Assembly: GCA_964016885.1 (NCBI GenBank)
Contig: OZ024743.1
Location: 368,776,001-368,840,000 of the forward strand
DNA: 64,000 nucleotides
DNA from: Eledone cirrhosa
Lineage: Eukaryota
Direction: 5' to 3'
A program made the translations under genes and the position numbers. The notes below the pieces were generated by a model that saw only the letters and a program-made list of their open reading frames with translations, was not told where the DNA came from and ran no database searches. Shown piece after piece: positions 40,230-53,560 of this stretch (its first letter is position 1; the number at the start of each line of letters is the position of its first letter).

Positions 40230-40610
40230 AAAAGGAGAGGGGAGGGAAGAACAGGCTCTACACCCCAGTCTGAGCAGTGATTCTGCTGTGCCCCACAGAC
40301 AGAATGATGAAGGCATTGCCACAGAGTATGACCAATAACACCCACTGCAACAGTTACCCCACCTCATGGGGCTTCTTCCTCAGGCAGGCTGCTGTCTTTC
40401 TGATTTTTAGGAGGAAATTAACAGTGCTGGAACCGAGGACACCAGAGGTCTCAATGGTGACCAGTATGGTCAAGCGCCGGTATTTGTTTATCTTACATAT
40501 TCTGGAACCTATATTGCTCCTGCAACTAATGATTATCTGTGGACCTTCCAAGAGTATGGAGCCACCTCTCATACAGCAAATGTAACACAAGCTTGGTGCA
40601 GAGACCATCT
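40230..40610 (-). mobile_element. CRE-clade LINE 3' end
   Basis: VTIETSGVLG..FLLKIRKTAA. Homolog of 13700-14030. Confidence 0.7.
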
Positions 40611-40611
40611 T

Positions 40612-40972
40612 CCAAGGTTCTGGTCAAAAGAAATGTGGCCTCCTTGTTCACCTGATTTTTTGGTATGGTCTATCTTTGAAGAAAACAGCTGTTCAAAAAT
40701 CCATAAGATAGTTGATGACTTAAAGACATCTTTACTGAGTGCTTGGAAAGAAGTAAAGAAATTCCTAAATAAACGTTGCGTGCTTCGGTGAAAGATATTC
40801 GACTGAGGTTAGAGACTGTTATTGCTAAATGAGGGGCCCATTTTGAATAAACTCTATACATTACATTCTAAAGATATTTATGTACAATTACATATATGTT
40901 GCTGGTCAATAAAGTTAGTAGTTTTGTTATTAAAAGCATTTTCATTTGTTTCCAAACTTATGCCCCACCCTG
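40612..40972 (+). mobile_element. Tc1/mariner-family transposase 3' remnant with TIR
   Basis: KEMWPPCSPD...VWS...AW...LRAS...RLE.VI...HFE*. Ends ccaaacttatgccccaccctg. Confidence 0.75.
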
Positions 40973-41463
40973 TGTATTCTCATAGATAAGCCAAGAAATA
41001 TATGATAAAAAAAAAATTGTTAGTAAAATGGGTTGGGGCTGGGATCGATATATATTCGAGGTCAATATTTTAGCAAATGTTCACCAACTTAAAAATTTTA
41101 TGCAAATGAATTGCTAAAAAATTTTCACTTTAGAGGTAAATATATACCGGTTTTACTTTGGAGGGGAAATTTGTATTTCCTATTGTTGTTTATATGTTTT
41201 GATGATTATGGTCTTCACAAATTGGTAAAAATCATTACATAATGGAGTTGTGAAACAAAAACTATATTCTAAATGACACTTAAAACATTTTAAATATCAA
41301 AATATTAAAACTTCATAAATATATTCTCCACTCACGAGAATTTCAAAACCACACCATCTAAACATAATGTGTTATAAATGGGGTTCGGATTTTTGCCTGT
41401 TTCTCAGACATAAAATAGGGGTTGGCTTACATTCGGATTGGCTTATATTTGAGTATGTATGTT
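40971..41463 (+). mobile_element. Tc2/pogo-like MITE, copy of 751-1232
   Basis: Colinear homology (ggagttgtgaaacaaaa; caccatctaaacataatg; ggggttggctta). Confidence 0.75.
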
Positions 41464-41654
41464 AAGTCATCTGATTTTATTTCAAGATAGATATATGGAT
41501 ATAATAAAGAATGTATGTATGTTTATTTGTATGATGTGGGCAAGTGGAAGGGGGATGCAGAGGGACTTTTTTCTTCTTTCTTTTGCATGATTCTGACTGA
41601 TCCAGGGGTGAAATTTGATCCAAACATGGAAATCACTTGTCATTACTACTACCA

Positions 41655-41917
41655 CCAGGAGGAGGGGATGTAGTGGTGTTTAGTAGTGGTGGCAATGATG
41701 ATGATGGTGGTAGTGATTGGAATTGGGGTGGTTATGGTAGTTCCAAGTTATGTTAGGGGTAGTGATGATGGTTGGCAGGTTATGAGGTCACTACCTCATA
41801 ACCTGCCAGCCATCATCACTACCCCTAACATAACTTGGAACTACCCCAATTCCAATCACTACAACCATCATCATCATTGCCACCACTACTAAACACCACT
41901 ACAACCCCTCCTCCTGG
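41655..41917. repeat. Long inverted repeat (fold-back), followed by (TAC)n
   Basis: Arms 41655-41788 and 41793-41917, 4-nt loop cact, 3 mismatches and one 9-nt indel. Confidence 0.95.
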
Positions 41918-41977
<60 letters not shown>

Positions 41978-42299
41978 TTACTACTACTACAGCACTCCCC
42001 CTATCATCAGTACCACCACAAAATATATTGCATATGTAATATATATATATCCTATTCCCTTAAGGATATTTAAGGACTTCTGCTTAGTTTTTGGTTTCAT
42101 GGTCTTAAATACCTTTGTCAATAGAGCAAGCAAAGGAACTTCTATGTAGTTGTGTGACCTATTTAATATATCAGCCAAATCCTCTACATGGTTGCTCAAC
42201 TTGCTAGAAATAACAACCAAATTCACTTAAACCATTAAGGCAGGCACTATGGCTTAAAGTAGGTGATTGTTTGCGGTCATCACATAAATTGTGAACAAC

Positions 42300-42630
42300 T
42301 TAACCCTTTTGTTACTATATTTCTAATGAAAGACACTGCCTGTGATTTTCAAATAATTTTGAAAGTAATCAAGAATCTAAGGAGGTTTAGCAATATAACT
42401 AACTTTCTTATTACTAAGTTGGAACATAACTTAACGAAGGTTCTTGCATAAAATTAACATGGACAGTTTTTAGATAAATCTAAACACTTTAAAACAAACA
42501 GCTTGGTATTGTAGAATGAGGGGCAGTTTCAGGCAGTTTGGGATATAACTTCACAAAAGTTCTTGCCTAAAATTATGATGGATAAATCTAAACACTTTAA
42601 AAAAAGTAGCTTGGTATTGAAGAACCATGA
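42300..42630 (+). mobile_element. piggyBac-type MITE remnant with an internal duplication
   Basis: Starts TTAA-ccctttt. gataaatctaaacactttaaa...agcttggtattg is duplicated. Confidence 0.5.
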
Positions 42631-42769
42631 TATAGCATATGTCCCAATGTGGGATGATGCACCCTCTCAGCAAGCAAGATATAGCTCTCTCCCCTCTAAC
42701 TCTCATCTTAAACACACATCACTCTCATCATTGCCTTTTAAGCCTGATTAAGGACACGGCTAGTGCTCT

Positions 42770-43220
42770 AATGCTGGTGTCAAGATAATATGCACCTGAC
42801 CCACTCTGTAAAGTGGCAGTGTTGGATCCACTATGAAATGTTCCCAGTTCACACTATAAAATGGTAATGCTGATACCGTGATAAAATGTATCCTACCCAC
42901 TCCATAGTGTGTTAGTGTTGGTGCCACAATGAAATGTTCCCAGTTCACAGCATAAAATGGTAGTGCTGGTTCCAAAAAACTCCTAGTCTAGCCTATAAGG
43001 TAGTAGTACTGGAACCACAATAAAATTCTCCCATTGCATGCTGTAAAGTGCTTGACATTAAGAAGGGCATCCAGCTGTAGAAATCAAGCCAAATATAGAA
43101 TATATGATGGACAGTTTTTAGATAAATAGTGGTCACTTAACCAGTCTAGCCTCACAAAATGACAACCTATCCAACCTATACCAGTGTGGAAAATAGACAT
43201 GAAATAGTGATGATGATAAA
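42770..43220 (+). mobile_element. RTE-tailed SINE with about 6 degenerate ~40-bp modules
   Basis: Repeated tgctggtg..aaatgttcccagttcaca, then aagggcatccagc and a (GAT) tail. Confidence 0.6.
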
Positions 43221-44146
43221 TAATCTGGTTTGTCTTGTATTATAATATGCATATTTGTTAATATTTGACTGAGTTTTTCTTTTCTTAAAATTTAAACTAA
43301 AAGTGGGGCAAGGATTATATATTGCATAGAAATGTGTTTATAGTGAGATTTTCTTTTCAATCCTGATGTTTCTTGTCAGATTTACATTTTGATGCATATT
43401 GTTTGGCTAGCCTAGGGCACCAAAGGGGCAAAACGAGTGTATATGGTAGGGTTAACTTTGGGTGTTGAATACCCTAATGCTGGCCTTGCCTGCAATCTTA
43501 TATAGTAAGATCCCATAGATATGAATAGAAAGGATTACATTGGATGAAGTAATCCTATCTATACATATTAATGGGATGCCTTGGGTTAAAGATAGGCCTG
43601 TTTAATCAGGTTGGACCTTGAACTAAACAAAAACAGCAACAAAAAACAACAAAACAGCAACATTTTAAATATCAAGGTTCTTACCATATCTATCCTTTTT
43701 GATACCAAACTACCTGAAACCACCTGATTTTATGATACACAACTCCTTCACTTCTCAGCCCTACCCACACCTATTTATTATAGTCCTCCAGGGCATACCA
43801 AAGGAATTCAAGAGTGGTAGTCTTTGGGAACTCCTATATGCTGATGATTTTATTCTTGTAGAAGCAATACCACTGCCACCACCACCATTAGCAGTAGCTG
43901 CAGCAACATCAACACTGCCACCACCACCACCACTCCCCACTGCTATGGCACTGTAACCATCTTATAATTCCTGAGCTTCATTTTAGCATTGCATTATTAT
44001 TATATAAAACAATGTTACAGCTGTATTAACTGTTATACATTCCACTGTTCTGCATTGTTCTGGTGTAAACAATTGCTGCTACAGAATCAATACCTCAATT
44101 TTTGCTTTACTTTAGAATTAATCTGACATAGTATCATTATTATTAT

Positions 44147-44525
44147 CGGTAGAGGGTCGGACACCATGCTTTGACGCATAGAGTTACGGCCCTTGCATTT
44201 CTGAGTTTAAATCCCACCGAGATTAACTTTGCCTTTCATCCTTACGGGATCGATAAAATAAAGTACCAGTAATACACTGGGATAATTGCTGGCCTTGTGC
44301 CAAAAGTAGAAACAATTATTATTAATGGAAGTTGGATTGGCAGTATCAGTAGAGCATCGGACAGAATGCTTCACAGCATAGAGTTACACCCCTTTACGGT
44401 CTGAGTTCAAATCCTCCCAAGGTTAGCTCTGCCTTTCATCTTTACAGGGTCGATAAAATAGACCACCAGTAATGCTCTGGAGTCAATTTAATCGACTTTT
44501 CCCTCCTCCAAAATAGCTGCCTCAA
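44147..44525 (+). mobile_element. Two tandem SINE copies (short then long)
   Basis: SINE cores near 44230 and 44430, with (ATT) spacers. Confidence 0.85.
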
Positions 44526-44559
44526 AAAATCATTTTTATTAAAGAAAGTTGAAGGTGGA

Positions 44560-47168
44560 GAAGGAAGTGTTACCCCCACCCAGTACATTTGGGATAAAAA
44601 CGAGAGGAAACAACAAAACAAGAAAGATCAGAGCCTTGGTGGAAGAAACAACTGAATGGTCAAATCAAGGAAATGAGAAAAGACATTGGAAAGCTTGAGT
44701 CTTTACTGAATGGGACATTACAAAACATAGACACTAAAGATAGATTGAAAATAAAATACAAAACTAAGGGAAAAGAGCTAAATGTTATCATAGAGGAGCT
44801 GAAGCAATGCATTGTAGCAAAAAGTGCAAAGATTAGGCGGTATGAGAACAGAGTTAGTCAGTATAGATAGAACTGCATGTTTGACAACAACCAGAAGATG
44901 TTATTTGAACAGCTTGAAGGGAAAGAAAGAGGTAATGACGTGATCCCTGAAGCGGAACAGATTAAGGCATTCTGGAGAGGAATATGGGAGCAAGATGTTG
45001 AACATAATAGTCAGGCAGTGTGGATTGATACAGTTCAAAAGGAGATTAGTGAACAAGCACACCAACAAACTGATTTGAGTATCACAGTTGAAACTCTTAA
45101 GGGGCAGGCCAAAGAACTAACCAACTGGAAATCACCAGGCTCAGATGGTGTGCAAGGATATTGGATAAAAAATATAACATCCCTCCACCCAAAACTGACA
45201 GCCATGTTTAATGACTGCTTGGTGTCAGGTGAAGTACCAGAGAGGTTGACAAAAGGTACCACAGTTCTGGTAATGAAAGACCGAATCAAGGGTAATGATG
45301 TTACCAACTATAGGCCTATCACATGTCTGTCCATAATGTGGAAACTGTTAACAAGCATTGTGTCTGAGGAAATCTACTATAACCTCCACATAAACAACTT
45401 ATTACCAGATAAACAGAAAGTATGCCGAAAGAAGTCCTGTGGCACAAAAAACCAGTTACTTATTGATAAGATGGTAATGAGGAATTGCAAGAGGAGGCAT
45501 ACTGGTCTTGCCATGGGATAGATAGATTACAAGATGGGAAGAGGAGAGCTTACCATCAACTACTGCCTCTTCATGGATGATCTAAAATTTTTTGGGAAAA
45601 GTGAGAGGGAGTTGGATGTACTTGTTAACACTGTCCGTATTTTCAGTAATGATATATGTATGGAATTTGGTGTTAATTCGTGTGGAGTCCTAGTGATGAG
45701 GAGGGGTAAATTGAACAGAAGCAACGGAGTCCAGGTACCAACAGGTGAGATGATAAAGGAAATTGACACTGAAGAGGGATACAAATATTTGGGTGTTATG
45801 GAGGCAGATGACATCAAGAACAAAACAATGAATGAATTGATTAGATCTGAGTACATTAGGAGAGTAAAGAACAAACTAAAATCACATCTAAATAGTAGGA
45901 ATGTCATAAGTGCAGTACATTCCCGAGCTGTGTCTATTATTAGGTACAATTTGGTTAACTATTATTAGGTTACAATGAGGTTAACTTTGCCTTTCATCCT
46001 TACGGGGTTGATAAAATAAAGTACCAGTAATGTACTGGGTATTTGCTGGCCTTGTGCCTAAAGTAGAAACAATTATTAGGTACAGTGCGGGAATTCTGAA
46101 ATGGAATGTTGCTGAACAAAAAGAAATGGATAGGAAGCTAATGACCACCTACATCATGTTCCACAAGAGGAGTGATGTTGATAGACTCTACTTAAAGAGA
46201 TCTTATCAGCATAGAGGACTGTGTTCAGGTGGAGAAAAACAATCTGCACATATATGTGTCTGACAGTAGGGAGCCAATGCTCAAAGTTGTACTGAAGAAG
46301 AAGACAATAGACCAGGGAAGAAATAACAACAAGGAGGAAGAGCAACCTTCATGAAAAATCCCTTCATAGCACCTTCTCTAAGAAAACAGAATTCAGAGAT
46401 GCACAGACATGGAACTGGTTGAAAAGAAGAGACCTTAAAAAAAGCTACAGAAGGAATGCTAATGGCTGCACAAGAGCAGGCCCTCAGAACGAAGTGGGTG
46501 AAACACCATATTGACAAGGAGGAGGCTAGCTTTCTGTGAAGGATCTGTGAAGAGAGAGGAGACCAAGGCTCACATTGTATCCGAGTGCAAACACCTAGCC
46601 AGACCCACTATAAAGGCTGGAGACATGATATGATAGGAAAGGTGATTTACTGGCATCTATGCAAACAAAACAATTTGCCACATTCTGAGAAGTAGTATGA
46701 GAATAAACCAGAGTTGGTGATAAAAAACGATCAAGTGAAGGTGCTATGAAATTTCAGGATACAGACGGACTAGAAATTAGAACACAATAGGTCTGACCTT
46801 GTGGTTTTTGACAAGGAAAAAAGATCATGCCTGATTGTAGATGTAGCCTGCCCATTAGACATGAGAGTGCAAGAAAAGGCGAACGAGAAAATTAAGCGAT
46901 ACCAGGATTTAAAGTGGGAGTTAAAAAAGATTTGGGACTGTCATGAGATCAAGGTCGTCCTGATTGTCGTAGGAGAACTAGGTACTATCTCGAAGAGTTT
47001 TCAAGAATGGTTAAAGAAGATTAGTCTAGCCCCGTTTTTTTGGAAACCTTCAAAAGGTATGCTTGCAAGAACCCTCCGATACGTCCTGAGTATCTGAGGC
47101 TGCAGGTAACGGCTAGATGTTCATTTGAACAAACTTTCCAGTTGAATAACATCAATGACTGAGACTCA

Positions 47169-47170
<2 letters not shown>
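44560..47170 (+). mobile_element. R4/Dong LINE (RT and REL, internal deletion), (TAA)n tail
   Basis: NWKSPGSDG, NYRPITCL, LFMDDLK, GYKYLG, AAQEQAL, HNRSDLVV..IVDVACP. Confidence 0.9.
45977..46078 (+). mobile_element. 5'-truncated SINE inserted in the Dong LINE
   Basis: TSD attattaggtaca at 45936-45948 and 46072-46084. Removing the insert restores AVSIIRYSAGILKW. Confidence 0.88.
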
Positions 47171-47213
<43 letters not shown>

Positions 47214-47214
<1 letters not shown>

Positions 47215-49782
47215 CTTTCTTGATTAACCACAAGGGTTTACATAAAGTAGACATTAAGGACAGTACAGGACAACACAGGACGGTACAAATGGGCATTTCT
47301 GCGTGTAAAAAAACAAAAACAGAGGATGTAACAAAAAAATAACAATGAAACATTCCCCAATAGGGGGAGACTTCCGAGGGACATTTGTGGAGAAAGCCCA
47401 TTAAAAGGCCACAGTAATCCTGACCACCAGGGCAAGTGCCCTCTCCCAGTTTTCCACCTTTAATTTACAGACACATACTCAGAGTAGGCCCAATCACTCG
47501 AGCCATACTTGCTTCTCTCACCCATCTTTCAACAAAATGCTGGGAAGAGAGCACTTCCCTCTCTACCCTGATTTTCCAATTTCATTTGAAATTGGAAAAA
47601 GTTAATCAGGGCATCACCGAAGAGGTAAGTGCTCGTCTTCAGCCCTTTCAAACGTGTCCACCATACTATCTCTTTCGCCATGGCCACCAGACAGATAAAA
47701 ACTGCCTGCCCTTCCCGGCTAAAGGAAGAGGGCGGGGAAATCCTCACGATGGACTCAGCTGATAGCTGGATCCGTCCAACACGTGACAGCAGGTGTTCGA
47801 CATAAACCCACAAGTCAGCAATGCTCGGACACTGGACGAGTGCGTGCAGGACGGTTTCGTCGCCCTGCGCGCATCTCGGACATGCCCGGCTGACGGCACC
47901 TCCATGCCTGTAGAGTTTATCCCGAACTGGCAAGGCTCCTCGGTAGCACTGCCAGGCCAGGGATTTCTGGAAGTTGTCCATAGGCCCCGGCCCGAAAGTT
48001 CTTCCGAAAAGATTGGCTAGTTGATTTTCGTCGACGCCTAGAGTTTCTCCAAGTACGTCGTCGCTCTTCCCCTCCACTAATCCTCTATAGAACGCCAAGG
48101 TGGAGTTTCCACCGATCACATTGCCCGATTGGTCGAGGGCTGTGAGCGCCTGAAGACATTCCAGTCTCCAGGCGCTCCCTCTCGGTCTTCGCTTGACCCA
48201 GGACTGCAGCTCCGTCAAGGAGCGAGCTGAGGAAGAGGTGGAGATGTCGGAGCCTGAGCGCGTGTCTGCGCATCATCAGCCACGGCATGCCCAGCCCTCC
48301 ACGTAGCGGGTGTTGACAGCAGATGGACTGCCTGACCATCGGAGTGCGCCCCTTCCACAAAAAGCGAAAGAGCAAACGCCCCAGCGCAGTCAGGCGGGGC
48401 TTAGGACAAGGTAGGGCGGTCAGGTGGTAGGAGATGACGGACGCGATGTACGCGATAGCCACCTCCTCTCGGCCCATTTCTGGGTGAGAGAAGCCACCCT
48501 GCTCGTCACCTCGTCCCAGTTTTTGTCCGTCTGGAGGTCTGGACCGAAACAGACCCCTAGCAATTTAACCGGTCCGTCCAGCGCCCGACGACGCCGTTGG
48601 ACGGCATGGACCTGCCTCTCCAGGTGCCGAGCTGCAGGCCCACTGACTTTTCCTGGTTGATCATTGCTCCTGTCACCGCTTCGTATTCTCTTAGTGTATT
48701 GCCGATCGCTTCGATATGCTTGGCGTTCGACACCACTATGGTGACATCGTCCGCATATGCTGACACGGATCTTCCGCATCCTAGTTCGCGCGGGATCCCT
48801 CTCAACATCTCCAGTTTGTGCAGTAATGGCTCGAGTGTCAATACGTACAAGAGGGACGAGAGGGGACATCCTTGGCGGACCGAGTGCATGATGTTGAACA
48901 GTTCCGAAAGGTGACCGTTCACTATCACCACAGAGCAGATGTCGCTGTGCATGGCAGCAATCCAGCCTCTGAAGACGGGCCCAAAGCCAGCCGCCCTCAG
49001 GACTGCCGCTAGATAACGATGGTCGACCCTATCGAAAGCTTTCGACTGATCTAAATTGATCAAGGACCCACCCGTACCAGGTCCCTAGCTACCCTCTCCA
49101 CGATGTATCGCATGAGGTGGAGGTTGTCGTGGATGGATCTGTCGGGAATGGCGCATGTCTGCGCCTCTCCTACCAGACCACCAACGACTAGCGCCAACCT
49201 CTTTGCTAGCACCTTAGCCAAAATCTTGAACTCAGTGTTTAGAAGAGTTATGGGCCTGAAATTATCTATGTTATCCCCCTTGTTCGGATCCTTTTTCAGC
49301 AGCGCCACTGCTCCTCGGGTCACAGAGCTGGGAATTCTCCCGCTCTGTTGCCAGTTGCAGTAGACGTCCGCCAAGAGGCCTCCGAACAAGTCTTGCATCT
49401 GTACGTAAAGTTCATAGGGCAGACCATCCAAACCAGGCGATTTACCCCTTGTGCAGCCAGTCATTGCCTCCCGTACTTCAGTGGCTGTTATCGGCTTTTC
49501 GCAACACTCCGCCTCAGTGGCCGAGAGCCGCGGCAGTCCGTCGAGGTAGACACTAAAGTCCATCCCTCGATCCGGCCCTCCGCTGCCCCCGAAGTGTCGT
49601 TGAAAAGCTTCACACATTTGCCCGGGATCGAGTAGTATGCGCCCGTCGTGCTCCACCAAAGACCGGATCGTGGCTTTGTTGCCACGACGCGCCTCCGCCA
49701 CTTGGGCTCATTGAACGGCTTTCGTCCCTTCGTGTCTGAGAGGACGCACCCTAGCTCTGACAACGCAGCCTTCGTGCTTTGC
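47214..49782 (-). mobile_element. Relatively young 5'-truncated Tx1-clade LINE (RT, C-terminal zinc finger, 3'UTR)
   Basis: KSPGLDG, NFRPITLLNTEFKILAKVLAKRL, LDQSKAFDRVDH, VRQGCPLS, AYADD, CPRC..ETVLHALVQC. CpG-rich. (TAA)n on both sides. Confidence 0.95.
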
Positions 49783-49783
49783 A

Positions 49784-49839
<56 letters not shown>

Positions 49840-49840
49840 T

Positions 49841-51255
49841 AACGAGAAGAAAGGTTGTTACCGGGGGTCTTACGAATGCAAAAACCAATTTCTCATTAAC
49901 TGCATGATTATGGAAGACTGTCATAAAAAGTATAAAAATCTGAGTACTGCTTGGATTGACTATACGAAAGTGTTTAACAGTGTTCCCCACACATGGATTT
50001 TGAAAACTTTGGATGTTCTGAAGATTTCTCCAGTAATATCAAACTTCTTGAAATACAACATGTCTATATGGAATAGAAACCTATCATTGTCACACAGTGA
50101 TGGAATTATAAATTCCAACAGCAAAAGTATTAACTGTGTATTTTTCAGGGGGATTCGTTTTCTCTTCTGATATTTTACATTGCACTCAGACCACTGTCTC
50201 TCCCACTCAACAAAAAATAATATAGCTACAAAATAGACAGCAAAACCATAAATCACCTGTTTTATATGGATGAACTGTAGCTATATGCCAAAAATGACAA
50301 CGGATTGTAAGAACTATGAAGATAGTTATGGTGTTCAGTAATGATGTGGGGGGAAAATTTGCCAAAGCAAAATTCAGGAAAAGCAGAATGACAAACTTAA
50401 TGGAAATAGATGTGGATACAGTAATTAGGGAACAAGCCTACAGATGTCTAGGGACCAATAAAGGCCAAGATATTCACCATGCCAGTATGAAAGAGAGAAT
50501 CAGGAAGGAATGTTTCCAGAGAGTACATGCTGTCATGAAAACAGAACTTAACTCTTGAAATAAATTATCTTCCATAAATGTGCTTGTATCCTGTTGTTAC
50601 CTACAATATCATGAATTGGAATGTTAAAGAAATTAAGAGAATGGATACCAAAATCAGGAAACTTTTGACCTGTAATAGAATACATCACCCAAATGCAGAT
50701 GTGTATTGCCTCTATCTCCCAAGATAAAATGGAGGTAGAGGAATGATCCAGCTAGAGCTTTCATACAGGATATCAACCATTGGACTCAATCAGTAACTTA
50801 AAACCACAGATGACTGGATTATGAAAATGGTCGCAGTTCATGAAAGGAGGAAGAGGTTACATTCAGTCACAAAGTAAAGTAGGAAGTTTGCGGAAGAACT
50901 GGGAATACAGTTTAAAAATAATAATGGCGACGCTGCAATTAAAGCTGCAAGTAATATCAAAGTGTTGGCAAAATATGAAGGCCAATGGAGACTGTGCACT
51001 AAATGGGAGCAAAAAACCACTGCATGGGCAGTATATTGTCCATAGCAAAGAACCTGATGTAGATCAAGCTTTCACCCATCAGTGGCTGTGGAGTATTGGG
51101 CTAAAGGCAGAGAGTGAAAGCTTTATTTTGGCTGCACAAGACCAGTGTCTCTCAACATGCAGCTTTCAAGCCAATGTGATCAGAAATGGAACTGACCAAA
51201 AGTGTTGATTCTGTGATGAACATGTTGAGACCATAGACCACCTGGTTTCACTAAT
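49841..51255 (+). mobile_element. R4/Dong LINE RT fragment
   Basis: AWIDYTKVFNSVPH, HLFYMD, LHGQY, ILAAQDQ, KC..C..ETIDHL. Confidence 0.85.
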
Positions 51256-51269
51256 TCCCTAATCTGGTC

Positions 51270-52635
51270 TTTGTAGGCGTTGAAGTGCTCTACTGCAACT
51301 GGCAGCAAAATGGGAGTATTCCCAGTTCTGTGATCCGGATGGGGCATAATGACACTGATAAGGAATGACGAGAACAAGAGGGATAAATTAGACAGGCCCA
51401 TAACTCTGCTAAAGACCGAGTTTAAGATTTTGGCCAAGGTGATAGTGAAGAAATTGGTGCTTGTCGTTGAGAATTTGTGCAATCCCAACCAGGTCCATAA
51501 ACAACCTCTACCTCATACGATATGCTATAGACAGGGTGTAAACCTGGCTTCAGCCAATAGGGCTCTGATCAATTTAGATCAATTGAAAGTTTTTGATAGA
51601 ATCAACAATCGATACCTGGAAGCTGTCCTCAAGGTAGCTGGCTTCGGTCCCATCTTCAGAGGCTGGATCACTGCAATGCACAGCTTTCAGAACCCGTTCA
51701 GATCTCCTGATCAGTCTGTTAAGGGTGCTCTCTCTTTTTCCTTCTGTATGTATTGACTCTCGAACCTTTACTGTGGAAGCAGAAGCTGTTGCAGGGCATC
51801 CTGCTTGAATCGGGACATGGAAAGGCTGTTGGCATATGCAAACGACATCACCATGATAGTGTCGAATGGAAATCGAGGTAGTGAGCACATTCTTAAAGGA
51901 ATATGAAAGTTTGATGGGAGCAAAACTAAACTCAGAAAAGTCGGTGGGATTGAAGCTTGGCACCTGGAGAGGCAAGTCCATGCCGTCCAACAGTGTCCTC
52001 GAGTGCTGGACAGCTAGACCGGTAAAGTTGCTCAAGGTTAGGTTTGGACCAGACTTCCAGGTGGATAAGAATTGGGATGAGGTTACGATCAGGGTAGCCA
52101 CTCTCACTCAGAAATGGCCCAAGAGGAACCTGTCCTTGAAAGGTCAAGTGGAGGTGGCGAACGTGTATATTGTGTCCGTCATCTACTGAACAGGTGTGAT
52201 CATCGTTTATGGGGCAGGCCTTTCCGCAGCTCATCTCTTTGACTGAGCTGCAGTCCTGGGTCAAGGAATGTTGCCAGGCGCTCACTGCTCTCTACCATGT
52301 CAATGGATCTTCTATAGAAGATTAATGGTGGGCAAGTGTGACAATGTACTCGACGAGGCTCTGGGCATCGACCAAGTTGAACTGACCAGTCTGTTCCGGA
52401 GGAATTTCAAATTGGGGACTATGGATAACTCCCAGAAATCCCTCGCTTGGCAGTGCTACTGGGGGAGGGGGGGCTGTCAGTTCGAGATAAACTCTACAGG
52501 CATGGAAGTGCTGTCAAACAGACGTGTCTGAGATGTGTGCAGAGCGACGAAAGTGTTCTGCACACACTTATCCAGTGTCCATGCATCGCTGACTTGTAGA
52601 ATTATATCTAACAGCTGTTGTCATGTGTAGAGTGT
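51270..52635 (+). mobile_element. Tx1-clade RT fragments
   Basis: RPITLLKTEFKILAK, LDQLKVFDR, NSEKSVGLKLG, KSLAWQCY. Confidence 0.85.
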
Positions 52636-52639
52636 GAGT

Positions 52640-53560
52640 CATCCAAGTTCCGTCCACAATTGACATCGAGGATGACAGAATCCTGCAAATAATAAAAATC
52701 AAACAGCAGAACTTGTCTGGATCAGCAATGGAGCTCCTGATCCGAATGGAGCAGAAAAGTATTGAACAAATCCCAGATATCATAGACCTCGATGACGGCA
52801 GCCACCTCACCATGAACAGTGAGGGTAGAATGCCAAGGTGTCAGGGAACAAAACCCACCTAAGGGCCTTCTGCACTGAGGAATTGGCCAAAAAATCGAAG
52901 TCACATCTCTTGCCTTTGCCACATCCCCTACTGGCTCCACCAACAACAACAGCAGCAATGGCAGCAGCATTGGTAGCAAGAACACCACCACCATCCATCA
53001 TCCACCATGCAAGAAACAACACTAGCACTACCACCACCACCACCCACCCATATGTGCAACCACAACAAACACAACCATAACAAAACGATAAAACTGCAGC
53101 ACACTACACAGCTTTAAATACAAACAACAAACAATTATTGCACTAAATCCAGCACAACACCAGCATCACAGAGAAAAACTACACAATATTCCAAAAATCA
53201 CACCACCCACACACATACAAATAATACGTATCTCACAAAAGACATACTGTTTTAAAAGGAAAATTCCCCAATGATATTGGAGATTTTCGTGAAACCCTCT
53301 CCAGAAGGATATACAAAGACATCCTTGCAGAGAGGGCCACAACATCAACACCTGTGGCAATAATAAAATCAAACAAAACAGCAACACCAGCTCCACCAAG
53401 ACCAACACCAATAGAACCAACACCACCAGCAACACTAAACCAATACCCACCAAGGACATGCCACTCTCCCACGTCACACTGTCAGGCTTAAATGCTGACG
53501 AGGCTGAGGAATGACAAACGGTCTTACCTAAAAAGAAAAAAGGAAAAACTTTGCCTTTAA
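52640..53560 (+). mobile_element. Tx1-clade ORF1 fragment
   Basis: Homologous to 15500-16350 (atggagctcctgatcc; KTHLRAFC; ttggagattttcgtgaaaccc). Confidence 0.7.
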
